NCBI GenBank assembly: GCA_051530055.1
Contig: CM121341.1
Coordinates: forward strand, 124,001-188,000
Length of the DNA: 64,000 nucleotides
Reading direction: 5' to 3'
Origin: Neoechinorhynchus agilis
Taxonomy: Eukaryota; Animalia; Acanthocephala
Part shown: piece after piece, positions 1 to 8,280 of the stretch
How positions within the stretch are numbered: position 1 is the stretch's first letter
Layout of the letters: each line of letters opens with the position of its first letter
Made by a program: the position numbers and the translations under genes
The notes under the pieces: model-generated
Told to the model about the DNA's origin: nothing
Database searches by the model: none
Seen by the model: the letters and a program-made list of their open reading frames with translations, nothing else

Positions 1-1
1 G

Positions 2-845
2 GCTCAACTACGTAATTTAGGGAGCTGGAGGCCAATTACCATAGCATCGTGTCTTCTCAGGATGTTGCACCGAGTCCTTTTAAAGCGATTGAGCGTCTCG
101 TGCCAATTGGACACAGGACAGACGGCAGGTAGCGGATCGGCGTGTCTCGCTAACAATATGATTTTGAGAGGCACCCTTCGGCAATGCAGGTCTAGACGCG
201 TTGGAGTCGCGTTAGCAGTGCTGGATATATCAACGGCCTTCGACAAAGTTAGCCATCTTGCTATAATGCGGGAACTGGATCGACAGTCAGTACCGATATA
301 TCTGAAAAGATACATTGAGAGTTCTCTCCGGGATTCCTTTACAAGGCTACACTTTCCAAATCAGAGGCCGTCAGAGCAAATTGCCTTAAAGAGAGGCGTC
401 AAACAAGGCGACCCGTTATCTCCGCTCTTATTCGCCCTTGCTCTGGAGGAAACACTAAGGAAAATAGGCGCGCTTAGCGAGGATCTGGAAATCGACGGAT
501 TAAGGATTGGCCACCTCACATACGCGGACGATATTTTGTTGGTCAGAGACCCAACTTCAGAACAAACTCGATGTTGCAGTCACGGAACTGCGAAACATCG
601 GGTTGTCCTTGAACCCAGCAAAGTGTGTCTCGTATAGCCAAAGATTCCGTCAAGGCTCCATGATTATAGACGCGAATCCGGTAGTCACCATATCGAACGT
701 TAAATTGGGCAATGTCCTTGATGGGGATCCGGTCAAATACTTAGGCGGAAGACCCTGGGCGGTGTCCCGCAAGGAAGAATTTATTGATAAAATTGCCAGC
801 GCGTTTACGGCAACGAAAATAGCGGGTCTTTTCCCAACTCAAGCG
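2..845 (+). pseudogene. Fragment of a non-LTR retrotransposon reverse transcriptase (R2-group, lineage distinct from the 2047-6996 element), frameshifted; runs off the window start
   Basis: Reads WRPITIAS...LDISTAFDKVSH...RGVKQGDPLSP...HLTYADDILL, then after a frameshift at ~548 LQNKLD...NPAKC...VKYLGG...TQA. Collinear with the RT of ORF 3689-6838. Comparison with the 7722-7860 homolog indicates an ~8-nt deletion at ~548. Confidence 0.93.
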
Positions 846-849
846 GGCT

Positions 850-2046
850 GCTGCTGAGTGTCGGGTGTAAATGCGATGTCACCAAGTGGGCCATTTTTGG
901 TAAGCAGAACTGGCGATGTGGGATGAACCAAACGTTGAGCTAGGGTGCCAAAAGTGCCTCTCATGAGATACCATGAAAGGTGTCAGTCGATATTGACAGC
1001 AGGACGGTGGCATCAGAAGTAGGAATCCGCTAAGGAGTGTGTAAAAACTCACCTGCCGAATCGACTGGCTCTGAAAATGGATGGCGCTGGAGACGTATAT
1101 CCATGCTTGACCGTCGATGCCAGACACAAATGTACAAATGGCTTGACGTGTAGAAGGGCGTATGCGGTGGTGTTGAAACTTGCACCGTGAGGTGGAGTGA
1201 AGCCGCCGCTAGTGCAGATCTTGGTGGTAGTAGCAAGTATTCAAATGAGAGCATTGAAGACTGAAGTGGAGAAAGGTTCCATGTGAACAACATTTGGACA
1301 TGGATCAGCCGATCCTAAGAAAACGTGCAAATTCGGGATTAAGCGTGTTGCATTGCGCAATACAATCGAAAGGGAATTGGGTTAATATTTCCGAGCCAGG
1401 ATGCGGTTTATGCTTGATCTATTCAGATGTTCTTCTTGGGCAGATGATGTTCAGCATAAGTGGTGACACGAGCAATCCCAGAGAATAACTATACGAAGTC
1501 TGGAGAAGAGTTTTCTCTTCTTTGTTAGGAACTTTATCCCGGGAATTAGATCATCTGTTGATAGCGTACGCGTTCCGTAATGCAGCGCGATTCCTGCGAT
1601 GTACCGAGCGCTTAGTATTGTCCTTGAAAATCTGGGTGCGAGAATATTCAGACCGTACCTGTTCGTACTGATTTCCGCAGCAGGTCTCCAAGGTGAGTAG
1701 CCTCTAGTCGATTGGGAAACGTAGGCAAGGGAAGTCGGCAAATTAGATCCGTAACTTCGGAAAAAGGATTGGCTCTACAAGCTGAGCTGGCCGGGCTGTC
1801 GCGAGAAGCGGTATGTTGTCGACTCTTGGATCTGTCTCAGTTATTTGCTGTTGCGAAAGAGTCGATTTCGAGGACGGAACTTGGTGCTGCGTACTGTGGG
1901 CAGCGATAGCTATGCTCCGCGTTTGTTCGACGTATCCAGACGGGTACGCTCGCTTCTTGCGCGGGGATCCGATCAGCGTTAAACAGCTGGCCTAGAACTG
2001 GTATGGACAAGGGGAATCCAACTGTTTAATTAAAACAAAGCATTGC
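850..2046 (+). rRNA. 28S: 28S (LSU) rRNA gene fragment, diverged; 5' end joined to an RT fragment, 3' end truncated at the retroelement
   Basis: Conserved LSU blocks: AGTGGGCCATTTTTGGTAAGCAGAACTGGCG (~885), GACAGCAGGACGGTGG, GCAGATCTTGGTGGTAGTAGCAA, CCGCAGCAGGTCTCCAAGGTGA, GATCCGTAACTTCGG, ACTGTTTAATTAAAACAAAGCATTGC (ends 2046). The 5' boundary is approximate. Confidence 0.96.
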
Positions 2047-2520
2047 ACGTAACTTCCATCTATCATCAAAAGATATCAACATCTGCCGCTTTCAAATTTT
2101 AAAAAGATCTTCGCCTGACTTAAAATCTTAAGCGACAAGTATGTGAAGTGCTTTTGATAGAGCGTCACGTGGTTATCTAACTCGACGGGGTCTGAGCTCT
2201 TCTGTCTACGTCGTTCGCAGAGCACAGCCCTTTTAACCCGTGCCAATTCACGCTCCCAAAAGTTATCTTTATTTTGAATTTAAAGTCGCTCCTGGGGGTT
2301 ATCGACACCCCTAAACACGTTTTTTAAGTCTCCGCGAGATTTGCTTCGTCTTTCAGCGAGACGCAGTTTTTTTCGACGCTTCTTCCGCGTTTCTGTGACG
2401 TGATTTAGAAATTTTATTTACGTATTTTATCAATTTAATAGGGTCTCCGATAGGAATTTCTCGTAGATTTTAGATAATTAATAACAGTTTTATTTTCTTT
2501 TAAGCTTTTATCCAGTTCTT
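2047..2520 (+). other. Putative 5' UTR of the retroelement
   Basis: Non-rRNA sequence between the 28S breakpoint and the first ATG of the zinc-finger ORF. AT-rich, with a GC-richer, self-complementary island at ~2160-2255. Confidence 0.65.
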
Positions 2521-3279
2521 ATGAGTTCCTCAATAGACCGCGAGACGCCTGCTCTCTCGATGATCGAAGTTGGTTATCCGATCACGGCCGAAAATAACTT
2601 AGAATGTATTCTGTGCAATTTTCAGGCTATGGGCAGAACGAGGCACAGTCTCTTTCTTGAGCATATGAGGGGGAGTCATGCGCGAGGGCCAATCTCATGG
2701 GTGTGTAAAATCTGCAACAATTTTCGGAGCGCAGCCCCAGGAAGCGTTGGAGCGCATACTCGCCAATGCAAGAGTCTTAATGTCTCTGCATATAGAGAGA
2801 TCTTGAGAAAAATTGAGGAGGGTAACAAAACCTTTCCAGTGCTCAATGAGGCCGCAATTACCTACGCAGGGGGAACTTCACCAGCCGTCTGCCCGAGCTG
2901 CGATGAAAAATTTTTGGGTCGTGGGCAGTACAATTCTCTGGAAAACCACCTTAGAGTATGCCATTTGGCGAAGAGTATCACGTATATTTGCGCCCTCTGT
3001 AACACCCACTCCACTGCTTCGATCTACTCCGCCAGATCGCATTACTCACAGTGCTTTAAGCGAGTTAAGGTAAAAGACGCGGACACTGGGGTAACAACAA
3101 GTGAAGCCCAAGAAAGGAAAGACGGTTTATTTTGCGATAGGACCACTTACTGTGTCAGTGAGCACGCGGAAAGACCGGATATTTATGCCCCCGAAGAGGA
3201 TGCCGTTGTCTCTCGTAGTGCAAGCCTCCCCAGCACGGAAAAAACACATTTATTCCGGGGACGGGACTCATTTGTCTGA
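2521..3279 (+). CDS. Retroelement N-terminal zinc-finger ORF (252 aa; CCHH-CCHC-CCHH-CCHC)
   Basis: C29-x2-C-x15-H-x4-H53, C62-x2-C-x13-H-x3-C83, C124-x2-C-x15-H-x4-H148, C157-x2-C-x13-H-x3-C178. It may be a separate ORF1 or the disrupted N-terminus of a single ORF. Confidence 0.85.
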   Translation: MSSSIDRETPALSMIEVGYPITAENNLECILCNFQAMGRTRHSLFLEHMRGSHARGPISWVCKICNNFRSAAPGSVGAHTRQCKSLNVSAYREILRKIEEGNKTFPVLNEAAITYAGGTSPAVCPSCDEKFLGRGQYNSLENHLRVCHLAKSITYICALCNTHSTASIYSARSHYSQCFKRVKVKDADTGVTTSEAQERKDGLFCDRTTYCVSEHAERPDIYAPEEDAVVSRSASLPSTEKTHLFRGRDSFV

Positions 3280-3688
3280 CGGTCGCGACCCCAGTACACA
3301 TGCGCGCGATGCTGCTGAGCAGGGTGTGGGGAGCCGTGAGCTGTCCTGCCCGCCGGTCGGCTTTGTGCCGTCTGCAGGTCACCTTCGTGAGTTCGTAGAG
3401 GTGCTGCAAGGTCCTACTTCCACTTCGCCACACGAGTCGCGGAATATCTAGAGTCGACTTTTCGATTCTGTCGCGTCTGCAGCGCACATTTGGCATACTT
3501 CGGTGGCTCAAACCTTGAATTCGGAGCACCCGCGGAGGCGCGGGAGCGTCCTAGCAGATGCAGAGTCCTGGGCCGCCTACCCTACCACGAGTGTTCTCGG
3601 CGGACTCAGGAGGGTGTCCCGAGTTAGTTGAGTTGCGAGGGGCGGTAGTTTCTTTGGGTCCAACGAGGGCTTTGAAAACAGTGAAGAG

Positions 3689-6600
3689 TTGTCGACTCCT
3701 TGGGTGCGACGTCCCGATTCTTTGGCGTCCAGTTTTTCGACAGGCGGTACGCTAATTGAACATGGAGAGAGAAATGAATCACAATTTAGTATCGAAGAGG
3801 CTTATGAGGGCGTCGTGAAGTCTCTTAAAAAGAATGGCCTTCACCCCCGATATAGGTTCTATCTGGAAACGGAGCGCAACGTCTTACGCCATTCAGAAGG
3901 ACCGATCGATAAAGGCTTTGTCGAGATGGCTGCTACACGGTATGAAGATTACCTAAGATGCGGACGCAGTAAGGTGAGTCCCGAAGTCTCGAAAGCCAGA
4001 CAAGCCGGCCTTAGAATAATCAAATTGAGAAGAGGTGCAACACAATCGCTTTGCGCGATCGCGTACCATGTCTACCGAAACCCAGCACGATGGAAGAAAG
4101 TCTCTGAAAAATTGGTCAGTGAGATTAACAGTAACATAGGATACTATCGTTTGATAGCTAATAATGTTCCAGACGCCAACATTTCCCTAGAAGACCATCT
4201 GAACGGTTTTCTCTTGGGCAGAGCAATCTCTCCAATTTTCGCTTTGTTTGCTGCCGCATCTGCGTACTCTTGCGATTGGTTGGTCTACAGTCCGGATGAT
4301 CACAAAGTGCGTCGTATCCTCTGTCCGGGAACTGGGGCGAACGTCTTTTGTGTCTGGGCCGACGAAGGCAGTATCTATCCATGCACTCGCTGCCGAGGTC
4401 TGACAAAGGCCCATAATCGAGAGCTTGACAAAAGACGAAACAGAGCACTTTACTTCTCCAATACGTCGAGGCTGGCAAATGAAGTCTTTAAAAGTGCTGA
4501 CAGGGTTAATTGTCCATTGGAGTTCCAAGATACAGTTTCGCACTATCGCAACCTATTTGAAGGTGGTACTTCACTTGACACGTCGCATGGAAGTTCGTGC
4601 ATGACAGATAGGTATCCAGGAGTAGACCCATTTCCACTCGTCTCCGTCGATGAGGTAAAGGAGGCACTCGATAGTATCAAAGCTTCTAGCGCACAAGGTC
4701 CCGACAGAATAAGTATTAGAGACATACGGGCTTTCGACCCTCTTCTCATTGGGATGAACCTTCTATTCAATTATGTGCTACAATGCGGCGAGGCTCCTAA
4801 ATCATGGTTGGAGGCGAAAACAATTTTGATTCCTAAACCAAGTGCTCCTCCCGGAAAGCTACGCACACAAGATGGGTGGCGTCCAATTACCATATCTTCT
4901 ATTCTAATGCGGATATTTCACCGTATTATTTTGAAGAGGATCCGGGCAACGTGCAACATCGATGAGGGCCAAACAGCTTTTGACCCATCAGCCTGTATGG
5001 CCAACCTCCTTGTCCTCAAGTGCTTGCTAAGAGAAAAAAGGAACGCTAAGGAACCTGCGGCAGTGGCCATATTAGATATCAAGAGCGCGTTCGATACCGT
5101 CTCGCACCACGATATTGACGCGGCTCTTCGCTCAAAAGGATGCCCTCGATACTTACATAGATATATTTTGAAGTCATACAGTTCGAGTCGAACAAGAATA
5201 CGAATGAATAACTGCAAACCAAGCGAACCCATAAGTTTTCGAAGAGGAGTTAGGCAGGGAGACCCGCTCTCTCCTTTTGTTTTCGCTTTAGTTCTGGACG
5301 AAGCATTACAGAAAGTCAGACAACTTAACCTTGGAGTTAAACTAAAAACGGACGTTCGTATATCTCATCTGGTATATGCGGACGACATTCTTCTGGTTGC
5401 TGACGACTACCCGAACCTGCAAGGAATGATCGATGTATTACAAGAAACGTTGAGCAAGATGCAACTTATGCTATGCCCAGAAAAGTGCGTTACCTATCGA
5501 CAAACCTTCAAACGCGGCACATTGGTAGTCGATTATAAATCAGAGGTAAGCATTGGGGGCGTTAAATTAGCTACCGTGTTGGAAGGCGATCCCATTAGGT
5601 ACCTCGGGGGAACGCCGTGGAAAGATACTACACTAGAAGAAGCGCTCTTCGAATTGAATAGGCTTTTCGCACAGGTAAAAACTGCTCAGCTCACTAGGAC
5701 GCAAGCAGCTCATTTGCTTAATGATTATGGGGTTCCTCGCTTACTGGGTAGGTTGAACGCTGCTTGGGATGTCTCTGCTACTAGCCTTGCTCGCATAGAC
5801 GAGCAATGGCGCTCAAGAATTAAAAAATTGCTAGACCTACCTCGCTACGTAAATGACGGGGCATTCTATTTGCCTTTATCGAAAGGCGGTTTGGGATTTC
5901 GTTCCATAGCTCATGAAATTAGGAATGCCAGAATTAAAGCAATTCGAGCAGTTTTAAATAAGTACGGAAATCAAGTAGATATGGAAAAAGAGCTCAAATC
6001 ACTTGACATGGGCTCAAACAGTATAAGCATCGATATACGTAAAAATGAGGAACGTAGGGAACTGATCTGTCATGACAGCTTTGCTGAGGACTGCCTAAAA
6101 CATTGGAAGGCTACGACAACCCAAGGAACGGGTATTGAGTGCTTCGCCGGTGGTAAATTCGACCGAAGTTTGATTACGTTTAGACACAGACAGGGATACC
6201 ACAGTTCCTATGTTGAGCAAGTGAAGCTGCGTTTACAACTATTGGAAGTGGGCACCGTTTTAGGTCGGATGGATAAACAGCGCACAAAAGGATGCAGGCA
6301 CTGCACAGCAACGGCAGAGACGTGTGCACATGTACTCAACGCGTGCGATGCATCATCGATTCCTATGACCTGGCGCCACGATAAAGTTCAGGGACGATTA
6401 ATTTGGGATATTAAAAACAAATATGGTACACAGTTTGACGTCTCAAGTGAAAACAGGTTCCACGACAGTGAAGGACAACTATATAAACCTTACCTTATCC
6501 TTCGTCAGCGGGACACCGACAAGGTATACATTCTAGACGTTGCCGTTTATTATGAAACTAGTTTAAAACGTGCCGACGAAGTAATGACTCACAAGGAAGA

Positions 6601-6838
6601 AAAATATAGGTCGATTATATCAAGTGTCGCTGAAAAGTATAAAGTTCCTCAACATAAAGTCTCGACCATAGGCATTGCAGTAGGATCAAGAGGAACATTT
6701 AGTGCGGAACTTTTAAACCGCCTTCGTATACTCTCTCTAGGGCCAAAGACTGCTATCAACATGGCAAGGACGGCGGCGGAACAGTCCATTCGCGTCTTTC
6801 ACGCCTTCTGCGGAAGACGATTTATGCTCAAAAATTGA
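3689..6838 (+). CDS. Retrotransposon polyprotein: OTU-like region, reverse transcriptase, CCHC zinc knuckle and restriction-like endonuclease
   Basis: RT motifs WRPITISS, LDIKSAFDTVSH, RGVRQGDPLSP, HLVYADDILL, RYLGG. Knuckle CRHC-x8-H-x4-C at ~6293-6346. RLE RHD...KPYL...ILDV...KEEKY. The frame is open from 3632. The listed start is TTG, so the real start is uncertain. Confidence 0.95.
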   Translation: MSTPWVRRPDSLASSFSTGGTLIEHGERNESQFSIEEAYEGVVKSLKKNGLHPRYRFYLETERNVLRHSEGPIDKGFVEMAATRYEDYLRCGRSKVSPEVSKARQAGLRIIKLRRGATQSLCAIAYHVYRNPARWKKVSEKLVSEINSNIGYYRLIANNVPDANISLEDHLNGFLLGRAISPIFALFAAASAYSCDWLVYSPDDHKVRRILCPGTGANVFCVWADEGSIYPCTRCRGLTKAHNRELDKRRNRALYFSNTSRLANEVFKSADRVNCPLEFQDTVSHYRNLFEGGTSLDTSHGSSCMTDRYPGVDPFPLVSVDEVKEALDSIKASSAQGPDRISIRDIRAFDPLLIGMNLLFNYVLQCGEAPKSWLEAKTILIPKPSAPPGKLRTQDGWRPITISSILMRIFHRIILKRIRATCNIDEGQTAFDPSACMANLLVLKCLLREKRNAKEPAAVAILDIKSAFDTVSHHDIDAALRSKGCPRYLHRYILKSYSSSRTRIRMNNCKPSEPISFRRGVRQGDPLSPFVFALVLDEALQKVRQLNLGVKLKTDVRISHLVYADDILLVADDYPNLQGMIDVLQETLSKMQLMLCPEKCVTYRQTFKRGTLVVDYKSEVSIGGVKLATVLEGDPIRYLGGTPWKDTTLEEALFELNRLFAQVKTAQLTRTQAAHLLNDYGVPRLLGRLNAAWDVSATSLARIDEQWRSRIKKLLDLPRYVNDGAFYLPLSKGGLGFRSIAHEIRNARIKAIRAVLNKYGNQVDMEKELKSLDMGSNSISIDIRKNEERRELICHDSFAEDCLKHWKATTTQGTGIECFAGGKFDRSLITFRHRQGYHSSYVEQVKLRLQLLEVGTVLGRMDKQRTKGCRHCTATAETCAHVLNACDASSIPMTWRHDKVQGRLIWDIKNKYGTQFDVSSENRFHDSEGQLYKPYLILRQRDTDKVYILDVAVYYETSLKRADEVMTHKEEKYRSIISSVAEKYKVPQHKVSTIGIAVGSRGTFSAELLNRLRILSLGPKTAINMARTAAEQSIRVFHAFCGRRFMLKN
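4006..4385 (+). other. OTU-fold-like (pseudo-protease) domain within the polyprotein
   Basis: GLRIIKLRRGATQSLCAIAYHVY aligns without gaps to the OTU pattern GLKIVEVPGDGNCLFRAVAHQLY. It is followed by a W-containing helix, LEDHL, ALFAAASAYSCDWLVY and VWADEGSIY, in the OTU order. By-eye recognition only. Confidence 0.6.
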
Positions 6839-6996
6839 AAATACCAAGATAAGGAAGGACAGGTAACTATCCTTAAACAAAATATAATAGAGAAGACAAA
6901 TAAGTTGAGCAATAATTAACAACCGGAACTAATAATAATAAAATGATGTCGATTACGAGAAGCTTGTAATTTTTTTTCTTTGAATAAATGTAGCTC
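6839..6996 (+). other. 3' UTR of the retroelement (no poly(A) tract at the junction)
   Basis: AT-rich 158 nt between the stop codon and resumption of 28S. AATAAA at 6983-6988; ends ...GTAGCTC|TAGCCAAATG. Confidence 0.8.
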
Positions 6997-7028
<32 letters not shown>

Positions 7029-7072
7029 TGCATGAATGGATTATTGAGATTCCTACTGTCCCTGTCTGCAGC

Positions 7073-7106
<34 letters not shown>

Positions 7107-7113
7107 GAGTAAC

Positions 7114-7151
<38 letters not shown>

Positions 7152-7248
7152 AGTCTCTGTGAAGAAACATGATGGGCGTAGAATAGGTGGGAGGCCGCGC
7201 CGGTGAAATACCACTACCATCATTGTTTCTTTACTTACTCAGTGATTC
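6997..7248 (+). rRNA. 28S: 28S rRNA fragment starting exactly at the R2 cleavage site; truncated at its 3' end
   Basis: TAGCCAAATGCCTCGTCATCTAATTAGTGACG...AGCGAAACCACAGCCAAGGGAACGGGCTTGG...GAAAGAAGACCCTGTTGAGCTTGACTCTAG...GGTGAAATACCACTAC. Confidence 0.97.
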
Positions 7249-7254
7249 AGGTAG

Positions 7255-7721
7255 CGTTAATTCGCTACCCAAAAATGTTATCATTCAGATACAGACAGGG
7301 CCATCACAGGCAATACACGGAATTGATAAAAATGCGAGCTGAACTTCTAGAGGTTGGTGCCGTTATGGCAAGGATCTCAAACAATAGGACAAAAGCCTGT
7401 CGCCATTGCGCCCATCAAACAGAAACGTTCTTGCACGTAATTAATCAGTGTGACTTCTCGACGGAAGCAATGATTAAAAGACACGACGACGTCGTGAGTC
7501 TTTATAGGCGCACTAAATGCAGTTGAAGCAAAATCCGCCAAAAGAGATTCAATCCGAGGCATCAGTTACACCGTCGATAGAAAAAATCACATTATGGACG
7601 ACGGCGGCAACTTACACAAGTCCGACCTCATTGTTAGGACAAACATAAATGATCGGGTTTATATAGTAGATGTGGCGGTCTACTATGAGACCTCATTGGA
7701 ACGGGCAGCAGTTATGGCGAA
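7255..7721 (+). pseudogene. Retroelement fragment (second lineage): CCHC knuckle plus RLE, frameshifted
   Basis: FRYRQGHHRQYTELIKMRAELLEVG...CRHCAHQTETFLHVINQC...RHD, then in another frame HKSDLIV...YIVDVAVYYETSLERA. Homologous to 6175-6590. Confidence 0.92.
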
Positions 7722-7860
7722 GATGATATTTTGTTAGTCAGTAAGGATAAGGCCGGACTTCAGAATAAGCTCGATGTTGCGGTTACAGAATTGCGAAGCA
7801 TCGGATTGTCCTTCAATCCAGCAAAATGCGTTTCGTACAGCCACAGATTTTGTCAAGGCT
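7722..7860 (+). pseudogene. Short RT fragment (DDILL...NPAKC), close relative of the 2-845 fragment
   Basis: DDILLVSKDKAGLQNKLDVAVTELRSIGLSFNPAKCVSYSHRFCQG. 85/102 nt identical to 555-656 by manual alignment. Confidence 0.92.
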
Positions 7861-8276
7861 TCAAGTCTCGGCCTCAAAATTATAAAGCTAAAGAAAAATT
7901 CAACAATGGTACTGGTGACCGCCGCCTTTCTCGTCCTCGAGAAACCTACACAATGGAGGAGAGTAAAGGACCGCAGCTTGGACCCTGTTTCACTTCATAT
8001 AGTAAAAATGATTCTTGATGCAAATCTCACATTAAATGACACACTGGATGCTACTAAAAATTACAACGAACTATCAGTTCACTTCATCTTGAGGGCCGCA
8101 GCGACTGCCTATCAATGCAATTTTGTCGGGCAAACTCCAAGCGACGATGTTCCTCTTCGAATTCGATCTCGCACAGCCACGAATTCGTCGTTTGGATTAA
8201 TGAGTCAGGTACTTATCCCTGCGAAAGTTCTCGAGGCCTCAAATCAAAGCAGTCACACGACCCTATTAAAAGACGT
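7852..8276 (+). pseudogene. Retroelement fragment carrying the OTU-like region (second lineage), frameshifted near 8180
   Basis: KASSLGLKIIKLKKNSTMVLVTAAFLV...W...DANLTLND...FILRAAATAYQC, then FVVWINESGTYPCESSRGL...KRR. Homologous to KARQAGLRIIKL...DANISLED...FAAASAYSC...FCVWADEGSIYPCTRCRGL...KRR. Confidence 0.88.
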
Positions 8277-8280
8277 TAAC

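Larger units (their letters stand above)
2047..6996 (+). mobile_element. Apparently full-length site-specific non-LTR retrotransposon (R2 group, RT plus RLE) inserted in 28S rDNA at the R2 site; non-canonical N-terminus
   Basis: Flanked by collinear 28S sequence on both sides. 28S resumes at 6997 with TAGCCAAATGCC. Contains a ~470-nt 5' leader, zinc-finger ORF, RT, CCHC knuckle, RLE and a 158-nt 3' UTR. Confidence 0.9.

Noticed and set aside
879-1995. ORF-track ORFs at 879-1995
   Set aside because: They lie within 28S rRNA sequence and are chance frames.
2047-2260. Canonical HDV-like or hammerhead ribozyme at the element 5' end
   Set aside because: I could not assemble the P1/P2/P3/P1.1 topology or a CUGAUGA...GAAA core. 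Kept only as a low-interest structured island.
3237-3246. A6C run as a -1 frameshift site joining the ORFs
   Set aside because: Wrong phase: reaching the RT frame needs +1, and downstream stops at 3449 and 3629 would still block it.
2813-5232. Overlapping or antisense ORFs (2813-3073, 3155-3529, 3558-3755, 4158-4478, 4187-4543, 4543-4770, 4918-5232)
   Set aside because: Shadow frames of the retroelement ORFs with no recognisable motifs. 3101-3451 is discussed only as a possible linker.
6997-7248. Additional insertions at the R4 or R1 sites downstream of the R2 site
   Set aside because: The 28S sequence is continuous through that region.
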